Below are positions 57,001-64,000 of a DNA stretch of 64,000 bases, piece by piece. Numbering within the stretch: position 1 is the first letter of the stretch; each line of letters begins with the position of its first letter. Source of the DNA: Spirochaetota bacterium (GTDB taxonomy: Bacteria > Spirochaetota > UBA4802 > UBA5550). The stretch spans positions 1 through 64,000 of the forward strand of contig JBNKTL010000003.1 in assembly GCA_050298055.1 (NCBI GenBank), given 5' to 3'. A model generated the notes under the pieces. It saw only the letters and a list, made by a program, of their open reading frames with translations. It did not search any database and was not told where the DNA came from. A program made the translations under genes and the position numbers.

Positions 57001-58269
57001 AGTAGGGGCCCTGTTCAGGAGAACAGGGTGTTCCGCGATGACCTCCTCAAGGACTTCCCAGACTTCCTTCTTTTCATTCTCTACCATCTTTTTGGCAGAC
57101 TTGATGTTCTGGACAAAGTCGTTATCCACCAGCCTTTTCATGATAAAGGGCTTAAAGAGTTCTATGGCCATCTTCTTGGGAAGTCCGCACTGAAAGAGCT
57201 TGAGCTCGGGACCCACAACAATGACCGATCTACCCGAGTAATCAACCCTCTTGCCCAGAAGGTTCTGCCTGAAACGTCCCTGCTTGCCCTTGAGCATATC
57301 ACTGAGAGACTTAAGGGGCCTGTTCCCTTTACCCTTGACGGCCCTCTTTCTCCTGCTGTTGTCAAAGAGAGCATCTACAGATTCCTGCAGCATTCTCTTC
57401 TCATTCCTGACAATGATTTCCGGCGCACGAAGCATCAGCAGCCTTTTCAGCCTGTTGTTCCTGTTTATCACACGCCTGTAGAGGTCGTTAAGGTCAGAGG
57501 TGGCAAAGCGCCCGCCATCAAGCTGGACCATGGGACGGAGCTCAGGGGGTATTACAGGTATAACATCGAGGATCATCCATTCCGGTTTGTTGGTGGATTC
57601 CTTAAATGACTCAATAATCTCAAGTCTTTTGATGAGTTTTTTGTCTATCTTAACGCCTTTGTTTGATTTTTCATGGATCTCTGCCCGGAGTTTTCTTGAT
57701 TCTTCGTCAAGATCGATGTTCCCAAGGAGGTCCTTGATTGCCGACGCACCCATACTGGCGATAAAGGTATCACCATACTCTTCATAGAGGTTATAGTATG
57801 CTTCTTCGTCGAGAATATCACCTGTCTTTATATCTTCACCGGCAGCTTCACCCGGATCAATAACAATAAATTTCTCATAATAGAGGACAGATTTGAGGGC
57901 ATTGACCGTTATATTGAGAATCAGACCTATCCGTGAAGGGACCGACCTGTAATACCAGATGTGGGCAACCGGGGTGGCAAGTTCTATGTGCGCCCCCCTT
58001 TCACGTCTTACCTTGTAGTGGGTTACTTCAACACCGCACCTGTCACAGACCACGCCCTTATACCTGACAGATTTAAATTTTCCACAGTAACATTCCCACT
58101 CTTTGGTGGTACCGAAAATCCGTTCACAGAACAGGCCGTCTCGTTCCGGCTTCAGGGTCCTGTAGTTTATGGTCTCGGGCTTTTTCACCTCTCCGTATGA
58201 CCATTCCCTGATCATATCAGGAGATGCCAGTTTTATCTGAATAGAACTGAAATCGTTAAAGTCCCTCAT
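54019..58269 (-). CDS. rpoC: RNA polymerase beta' subunit
   Basis: Catalytic [25 protein letters not shown]. Confidence 0.99.
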   Translation of the reverse strand: MRDFNDFSSIQIKLASPDMIREWSYGEVKKPETINYRTLKPERDGLFCERIFGTTKEWECYCGKFKSVRYKGVVCDRCGVEVTHYKVRRERGAHIELATPVAHIWYYRSVPSRIGLILNITVNALKSVLYYEKFIVIDPGEAAGEDIKTGDILDEEAYYNLYEEYGDTFIASMGASAIKDLLGNIDLDEESRKLRAEIHEKSNKGVKIDKKLIKRLEIIESFKESTNKPEWMILDVIPVIPPELRPMVQLDGGRFATSDLNDLYRRVINRNNRLKRLLMLRAPEIIVRNEKRMLQESVDALFDNSRRKRAVKGKGNRPLKSLSDMLKGKQGRFRQNLLGKRVDYSGRSVIVVGPELKLFQCGLPKKMAIELFKPFIMKRLVDNDFVQNIKSAKKMVENEKKEVWEVLEEVIAEHPVLLNRAPTLHRLGIQAFVPVLVEGKAIKLHPLVCHAYNADFDGDQMAVHVPLSPRAQLECWTLMLSSNNLLSPANGHPVISPTQDIVLGVYYLTSLVEGEKGEGKLFDEESEVFRAVDYGQISYRTQIKYLKEDNEILETTAGRLYFNKLLPEGFEYVNYVVNDKDLASIIARVIRYYGPDVTVKMLDDIKDCGYSFATYFAPTISMSDIIIPQEKKGIVLEEDKKVEVIENEYRNGFITDDERYNRVINLWTNANEMIADKMFEELSRDQQGLNPVYVMAQSGARGSKAQIRQLAGMRGLMAKPSGEIIEVPIRANFKEGLTVLEYFISTNGARKGLADTALKTADAGYLTRRLVDIAQDVVIGIIDCGTTVGIDISSIKEGDDIIESLGSRALGRTLLYDIVHPVSGEVICKADDIIDEDAAELLDQLNIDTIEIRSVLTCEAKHGVCSKCYGRNLGNGDPVDIGEAVGIIAAQSIGQPGTQLTMRTFHIGGIASRSVEENEIKMTYPIFVKELTPKTIKTEDKKIISVRKGYLIVQRVISEIPIKTDVKLKVKDDDRVYSGIVLGKIGRSEEVVAKSSGIIKIDKKKLYILGDPISIPINVGTEIFVKTDKFYDMNTVLAEFDPWFEPILTEIGGKVEFNDIELNKSLREEIDPQTNVTRGVIVEYKTEKLEPRINILSSAEEPITYLLPKGANLMVNDGDKVTAGTILCKIPRGAEMTKDITGGLPRVAELFEARTPKDAATLTEFGGVITIGDTVKKKRKIIVKSKGGDEKEYSIPVTKFLRVQDGDWIEKGEKIDDGPVDPHEILQIKGPRELQKFLVNEIQEVYRLQGVAINDKHIETIVRQMLRKVKVSDQGDSNFVIEQIVDKFDFLEENDRVLKEGGKPATALPVLMGITKAALNTESFISAASFQETTRVLTDAGIKGKVDQLRGLKENVIIGHLIPAGTGSRIYENIEVFQEEPGDLEAVYEPPEGEETETGKEAVEEVKKSAETQKEQ

Positions 58270-58366
58270 AGTTTAACCTTCACTTATAAAATATCAATTA
58301 CGGGTACTTCAGAAAATTAAATTTCATTAATGGATTTAATTTTCATCCTTAAAACATGTACCTTAT

Positions 58367-61300
58367 CTACTCGTTCTTCAGCCTTTCGAGTTTAATTCTC
58401 CTCTTCGGCTTGTTCAACCCGTCAGTCCATTCCGAAAGGCTGATCTCGTTGTTCTTCTCATCATAAATCTTTACATCAAGGGCCAGTCCCCGGAGCTCCT
58501 GGATAAGGACATTAAATGACTCCGGGATACCGGGCGATGTTGTATTGATCCCCTTGACAATAGCTTCATATATCCGCGCCCGTCCGAGCATATCGTCAGA
58601 CTTGACCGTAAGAAGTTCCTGGAGAGTATAAGCCGCTCCATAAGCTTCAAGGGCCCAGACCTCCATCTCCCCCAGCCTCTGCCCGCCAAACTGGGCTTTT
58701 CCGCCCAGGGGCTGCTGTGTGACAAGTGAGTAGGGACCGGTAGACCGCGCGTGAATTTTGTCATCGACCATATGTGCAAGTTTCAACATATAGACATATC
58801 CCACCATGACCTCTCCCTCAAAGGGCTGCCCTGTCCTTCCGTCATAGAGAACCGATTTTGAATTCCCCGGAAGCTCCGATTTTTTCAGCAGGTTTTTGAT
58901 GTCTTCGGGAGTCGCCCCGTCAAAGATCGGGGTCTCATAGTAGACTTCCTGTTCCTTTGCCGCCCAGCCCAGTTCAGTCTCCAGGAGCTGCCCCAGGTTC
59001 ATTCGCGACGGGACAGAAAGAGGGTTGAGCACGATATCAACCGGGGTCCCGTCGGGGAGGTAGGGCATATCGTTCACAGGGGCAATCTTGGATATAACAC
59101 CCTTGTTCCCGTGCCTTCCCGCCATTTTATCACCTACAGAGACCTTCCTTTTATCAGCTATATAGACCTTCACCAGTTCCTCTACACCCGGCGCAAGCTC
59201 ATCACCGTTCTCCCGCGAGAACCTTCTTACATCTATGACGATACCTGCCACACCGTTAGGGACCCGAAGGGACGTGTCCCTGACCTCACGGGCCTTTTCC
59301 CCGAAAATCGAATGGAGCAGTTTGTACTCGGGAGTGAGGTCCTGTTCTCCCTTGGGCGTGACCTTTCCCACGAGGATATCATCGGAATCCACAACCGCTC
59401 CAACCCTGATAATCCCGTCCGCGTCCAGGTCCCTGAAAGCCTTTTCACTGAGGTTCGGGATGTCCCGGGTAATGGATTCACGTCCCAGCTTAGTCTCACG
59501 CGCTTCCACTTCAAATTGTTCTATATGAACGGAGGTAAAAACATCCTCCTCAACAAGTCGTTCGGAAAGGAGAATTGCATCCTCAAAGTTATATCCCATC
59601 CATGGCATAAAGGCGACCAGGATGTTCTTCCCGAGACTCAGACGCCCTTCTTTTGTAGCCGGACCATCGGCCAGGATTGTACCTGCCTTGACCTTGTCCC
59701 CGGCCCTTACCAGGGGCCTCTGGTTGAAGCATGTTCCCTGGTTGGTTCTCTTGAACTTCCTGAGTTCATAGACATCAACCTCACTGCCCCGGGTTTTTAC
59801 CTTGATAAACCTGGAGTCAACGGAGACAACGTCACCTGCCTTTTCCGCAATAACCATAACGCCCGAATCATATGCTGCGTGTGTCTCAACACCGGTCCCG
59901 ACCAGGGGCGCTTCCTCCACCATGAGGGGTACTGCCTGCCTCTGCATGTTTGATCCCATAAGCGCCCTGTTCGCGTCATCATGCTCAAGGAAAGGGATGA
60001 GGCTTGTGGCAACGGAAAAAACCTGGTTAGGAGAAACGTCCATGTACTGGATCTCCTTCGGTTTCATATAGGGGAAGTTACCCCTGTTCCTGCAGGGAAT
60101 AAGACTTTTGACAAAGTTCCCCTTATCGGTTATCTGGGCGTTTGCCTGGGCGATAAAATAGTTATCTTCCCTGTCCGCCGTGAGATATTCAATTTGATCT
60201 GTCACCCTGCCGTCCTTTACAACCCTGTAGGGAGTTTCGAGAAAACCGTACTCGTTGATCCTCGAATAGGTACTCAGGGATACGATAAGGCCGATATTAG
60301 GACCTTCCGGCGTTTCAATGGGACACATACGCCCGTAATGCGAAGGGTGTACGTCCCTGACCTCAAAACCCGCCCTCTCCCTGGAGAGACCTCCGGGACC
60401 CAGGGCGTTAAGCCTCCTTTTATGCGTGAGCTCCGCCAGGGGATTTGTCTGGTCCATAAACTGGGAGAGCTGACTTGAACCGAAAAACTCGTTAACCACC
60501 GCCGTTATCGGCTTAATGCTGATAAGGGCCTGCGGTGTGATAACATCCAGGTCCTGGATTGTCATCCTCTCCTTTATGACCCTCTCCATCCTCTGGAAAC
60601 CGATCTTGATCTGGTTCATGATAAGTTCACCAACAGACCTGATCCTCCTGTTCCCCAGGTGATCAATGTCATCGACTATTGTCAGGACTCTCTTTTTTAT
60701 CTTGTTTCCGTCTTTATCTTCGGCCTTGACCTCATACCCGTCGGATTCCGCGATCAGATAGAGCATATACTTCACCGCGGAGACAATATCATCCTTCGTC
60801 AATATCCGCTCATCATTATCATCGGAAAATCCGAACTTGCTGTTGATCTTATATCTTCCCACACCTCCCAGGGAATATGTCCTTGGATTAAAGAAAAGCC
60901 TTTCAAGTTCGGCGCGGGCATTATCGATATTTGTGGGTTCACCCGGTCTCATAATCGCATGAATAGCCAGGAGCGCCAGTTCCGAATTTTTATAGCTGTG
61001 GTCTTCATCAATCTTGAGGTTCTTCTTGATAAAATCATTCTCAAAACCAAGGGTTTCACTGAGGAAGGAATCGTCCTTGTTGTTGGGGAACTCAATGATT
61101 TCAACCTGCTTGGTTCCCTCTTCTTTTATTCTGTCTATCATGTCTATGAGAATACGGTCACCCACCTCAACCAGGATTTCACCCGTCTCCTTGCTGATGA
61201 CATCCCTGGCAACCCTTTTGCCGTTCAGGGAATTATAATCCTCTTCACTCTTGAGCCGTACGGTATGTGTCTCATAGAAAAGTTTGACGATTTCAGAATT

Positions 61301-61903
61301 TGTCTCATAACCGAGAGCCTTTATAAGAAGGGTAACGGGAAATTTCTTCTTTCTATCTATCCTGGCTATAAGATAACCTTTTGAATCCGTTTCAAATTCC
61401 AGCCATGATCCCCGGTCCGGAATGACCCGGGAATTGTATGTTCTCTCGGCTTCTTCATAGAAAAAGAAAATGCCCGGGGACCTGTGAAGCTGGTTCACAA
61501 CGATCCTCTCGGCACCATTGATAACGAAGGTCCCCCTTGCTGTCATCAACGGAATATCTCCCATATAGACACTCTGCTCCCTGACTTCCATGCTCTCCTT
61601 TCGGATGAGCCTGATAGTCGCCTTCAGGGGCGCGGCAAATGTCACGTCTCTCTCCTTGCATTCGTGTTCGGAATACTTCGGATCACCTATTTCATAGTTG
61701 AGAAATTCCAGAACAACGTCTTCATGAGGACTCTCGATGGGGAAAATCTCTTCGAAAACAGCCTGAAGCCCCTGAGATTTTCTCTTTGCAGCACCCTGCT
61801 GAAGAAACCAGTTGTACGACTTCAGCTGTATCTCTATCAGATTAGGAAGGTCAATGCTAGACTTAATTTTACCAAAATTGATAACTTCCATCCCTTTTTT
61901 CAT
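58367..61903 (-). CDS. rpoB: RNA polymerase beta subunit
   Basis: [40 protein letters not shown]. Confidence 0.99.
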   Translation of the reverse strand: MKKGMEVINFGKIKSSIDLPNLIEIQLKSYNWFLQQGAAKRKSQGLQAVFEEIFPIESPHEDVVLEFLNYEIGDPKYSEHECKERDVTFAAPLKATIRLIRKESMEVREQSVYMGDIPLMTARGTFVINGAERIVVNQLHRSPGIFFFYEEAERTYNSRVIPDRGSWLEFETDSKGYLIARIDRKKKFPVTLLIKALGYETNSEIVKLFYETHTVRLKSEEDYNSLNGKRVARDVISKETGEILVEVGDRILIDMIDRIKEEGTKQVEIIEFPNNKDDSFLSETLGFENDFIKKNLKIDEDHSYKNSELALLAIHAIMRPGEPTNIDNARAELERLFFNPRTYSLGGVGRYKINSKFGFSDDNDERILTKDDIVSAVKYMLYLIAESDGYEVKAEDKDGNKIKKRVLTIVDDIDHLGNRRIRSVGELIMNQIKIGFQRMERVIKERMTIQDLDVITPQALISIKPITAVVNEFFGSSQLSQFMDQTNPLAELTHKRRLNALGPGGLSRERAGFEVRDVHPSHYGRMCPIETPEGPNIGLIVSLSTYSRINEYGFLETPYRVVKDGRVTDQIEYLTADREDNYFIAQANAQITDKGNFVKSLIPCRNRGNFPYMKPKEIQYMDVSPNQVFSVATSLIPFLEHDDANRALMGSNMQRQAVPLMVEEAPLVGTGVETHAAYDSGVMVIAEKAGDVVSVDSRFIKVKTRGSEVDVYELRKFKRTNQGTCFNQRPLVRAGDKVKAGTILADGPATKEGRLSLGKNILVAFMPWMGYNFEDAILLSERLVEEDVFTSVHIEQFEVEARETKLGRESITRDIPNLSEKAFRDLDADGIIRVGAVVDSDDILVGKVTPKGEQDLTPEYKLLHSIFGEKAREVRDTSLRVPNGVAGIVIDVRRFSRENGDELAPGVEELVKVYIADKRKVSVGDKMAGRHGNKGVISKIAPVNDMPYLPDGTPVDIVLNPLSVPSRMNLGQLLETELGWAAKEQEVYYETPIFDGATPEDIKNLLKKSELPGNSKSVLYDGRTGQPFEGEVMVGYVYMLKLAHMVDDKIHARSTGPYSLVTQQPLGGKAQFGGQRLGEMEVWALEAYGAAYTLQELLTVKSDDMLGRARIYEAIVKGINTTSPGIPESFNVLIQELRGLALDVKIYDEKNNEISLSEWTDGLNKPKRRIKLERLKNE

Positions 61904-62137
61904 ATCAAATAACCTTATATAGTAATATCGTTAAAAAAGATCAATAATGCCGTCTCACAAGACACCATTAGCTTTGGCTGAGTTTCAACCAAAGCTAACA
62001 CTTGTTAAACTGATAAAGAAGGACCAGTAAGTTAATTTTAATCCCCTTAAACATTATGCTGTTTCGCCGGGCCCGGCTGCCCACCCTGGAGGAAAGGCAA
62101 ACCGGGATTTCCCCGCACAGCTTCCGGTTTTGCCGGA

Positions 62138-62521
62138 CTATTTAAGCTCTACTGTAGCGCCAGCTCCTTCAAGCTTGCCCTTAATTTCTTCTGCTTCCTC
62201 TTTGGAAACACCTTCTTTAACCGGCTTACCTCCCGCCTCAACAAGCTCCTTCGCTTCCTTAAGACCAAGACCGGTAATAGCTCTCACCTCTTTGATAACA
62301 CCCACCTTTGAATCTCCAAAGCCGGTAAGTATAACATCAAATGATGATTTCTCTTCTGCTGCCGCGCCGCCGCCTTCTGCAGGTGCTGCTGCAGCAACTG
62401 CCACAGGAGCTGCTGCGGAAATACCGAATTTTTCTTCCATTGCTTCTACAAGCTTGGCTGCTTCCACAAGCGTCAGGCTGCCAATCTCTTCAAGCAATTC
62501 TTCAATTGATAATTTTGCCAT
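62138..62521 (-). CDS. rplL: 50S ribosomal protein L7/L12
   Basis: Ala-rich hinge, [16 protein letters not shown]. Confidence 0.98.
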   Translation of the reverse strand: MAKLSIEELLEEIGSLTLVEAAKLVEAMEEKFGISAAAPVAVAAAAPAEGGGAAAEEKSSFDVILTGFGDSKVGVIKEVRAITGLGLKEAKELVEAGGKPVKEGVSKEEAEEIKGKLEGAGATVELK

Positions 62522-62587
62522 TTTTTGATCCTTACCCTAAATATTTAATGAATCTGTTTGTAATTTACCCCAGCATCATGAAAATTA

Positions 62588-62620
62588 TATGTCCCAACCG
62601 CCGAAAGCGGCGGGGAAATA
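62588..62620. repeat. Palindrome related to the nifK-nifE hairpin, in the rplJ-rplL spacer
   Basis: TATGTCCCAACCGCCG-AAAG-CGGCGGGGAAATA versus TATGTCCCCGCCGCC-TTC-GGCGGCGGGGACATA. Confidence 0.7.
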
Positions 62621-62764
62621 ATTTTTTTTCATTTCCCTAATGGTGTAATTACATTTATTCAAGTTAATACAGCTTAATCTGTAAAAACCTATAAAGAGCA
62701 AGAAAAGAATTTGAAACCACTTCATCTAAACGGTAACAATACCCTTTTCAACACTCATTTTTCA

Positions 62765-63286
62765 CTACTGATTGCTGCCAGCCTCCGCTACAGCCCGTAT
62801 CCCCCGCGCCAGGGAAGCCATAATCTGCTTCATTCCCATTGCTATTCCCGTTGCCGGGGCATTAATCATTGACATTGTCTGCGCGAGCACAACATCACGG
62901 GAAGGCAGACTTGCTATTTTTTCAACTTCTGCTTCATTATAGAGAGTATTATCTATATATCCTACGGAAAAGCTGAAGTTCTCCTCTTCCTTTTTAAAAT
63001 CCTTTAATACCTTGGCAACCTCTCCAATCTCATCCCTGACAAAGGCAACCCCCAGGGGACCTTTCACATACTCCTCCAGGCCGCTGTACCCTGCTTTTTC
63101 AAGGGCCCTTTTGAACAGCGTGTTCTTTACGACCCTGTACTCGGCATTCTTCTCCCTGAGCTTTCTTCTCAGAACAGATATACCCTTTACGTTCACACCG
63201 GAAAAATCGGTAAAGAAGAGGTTTCCTTTCTCACCCAGCTTATCAATAAAACCGCTGACTTCGTCTACTTTGTACTGCTTAACCAT
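62765..63286 (-). CDS. rplJ: 50S ribosomal protein L10
   Basis: LRRKLRE, VVKNTL, SLPSR. Confidence 0.96.
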   Translation of the reverse strand: MVKQYKVDEVSGFIDKLGEKGNLFFTDFSGVNVKGISVLRRKLREKNAEYRVVKNTLFKRALEKAGYSGLEEYVKGPLGVAFVRDEIGEVAKVLKDFKKEEENFSFSVGYIDNTLYNEAEVEKIASLPSRDVVLAQTMSMINAPATGIAMGMKQIMASLARGIRAVAEAGSNQ

Positions 63287-63969
63287 TACTTTTCGATCCC
63301 CTTGTGATTGATTTTTATCCCGGGCCCCATTGATGAACTGATATGCACCGATTTAATATAGTTGCCCTTGGCATCTGAAGGCTTGTCCTTCATTACCTGG
63401 TTGAAAAAACTCTTGATATTATCAACAAGAGCATTGTTTTCAAAGGAAGTTTTTCCTACGGCAGAGTGAATAACACCTGTTTTGTCACACTTATATTCAA
63501 TCCTGCCTCCCTTGAGCTCTTTGACAATCCCCTTAACGTCATCTGTTACTGTTCCCGCCTTCGGTTTGGGCATAAGCCCCTTTCTTCCGAGGATGGGACC
63601 CAGCTTACCCACCTGGCTCATCATATCAGGTGTGGCCACAACCGCGTGAAAGTCTATCCAGCCTTCCTTGATCTTATCGATGAGATCATCCGCACCAACA
63701 TAATCCGCCCCTGCTTCCTGGGCCTCCTTCTGCTTATCGCCCTTGCAGAGAACAAGGACCTTTTTCTCCTTTCCGGTTCCGGCCGGAAGGGTCGCCGATC
63801 CTCTTATATTCTGAAAGCTTTTGTGAACGACCTTTACAGCCATATCCACTGTTTCATCAAACTTGACATATTTTGCGTTCTTCATTTTTTCCACAGCATC
63901 TTCAATACTGTAAAGAACAGTCTTGTCAATCTGCAATTTTGCGTTCTCTATCTTCTTTCCCCGTTTCAT
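63286..63969 (-). CDS. rplA: 50S ribosomal protein L1
   Basis: KFDETVD, LPAGTG, LGPILG..GLMP.PK.GTV, SSMGPG. Confidence 0.97.
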   Translation of the reverse strand: MKRGKKIENAKLQIDKTVLYSIEDAVEKMKNAKYVKFDETVDMAVKVVHKSFQNIRGSATLPAGTGKEKKVLVLCKGDKQKEAQEAGADYVGADDLIDKIKEGWIDFHAVVATPDMMSQVGKLGPILGRKGLMPKPKAGTVTDDVKGIVKELKGGRIEYKCDKTGVIHSAVGKTSFENNALVDNIKSFFNQVMKDKPSDAKGNYIKSVHISSSMGPGIKINHKGIEK

Positions 63970-64000
63970 TTTTCCAGGTTACCCCCAGCTTAATACTGAT

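Noticed and set aside
62130..62528. Antisense ORFs over rplL, rplB, fusA, rpoB/C and groEL
   Set aside because: Typical shadows of conserved genes on the opposite strand
63970..64000. 3' end of rplK expected upstream of rplA
   Set aside because: The last 31 bp do not translate to a recognisable L11 C-terminus; not called

Overview
Chromosomal window from a spirochaete that appears related to Leptospira. The evidence is Leptospira-like insertions in L14 and EF-Tu, RpoB Asn at the E. coli S531 position, and spirochaete-style lipoboxes; this placement is from recalled signatures and was not searched. From left to right: (1) the 3' end of a CRISPR array (9 repeats, no cas genes in the window); (2) a complete Mo-nitrogenase cluster nifH-I1-I2-D-K-E-N-B, ferredoxin, modABC and a LeuA/NifV-like synthase, preceded by a consensus sigma54 promoter, with rpoN convergent at its end; (3) HD-GYP, MFS, SPOR and GNAT genes and an uncharacterised STAS/HATPase operon; (4) groES-groEL with a CIRCE element; (5) moaC, pssA, ddl, lysC, a lipoprotein/beta-barrel pair, truA and a DUF2225-like gene; (6) the ribosomal superoperon from rplA to rplQ, including rpoBC, fusA, tuf, secY, rpoA and an rpmJ missing from the ORF track. 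Intergenic regions, especially around nif, carry mosaics of several short palindromic or periodic repeat families. These include a 38/40 bp inverted repeat bracketing nifH-modC.
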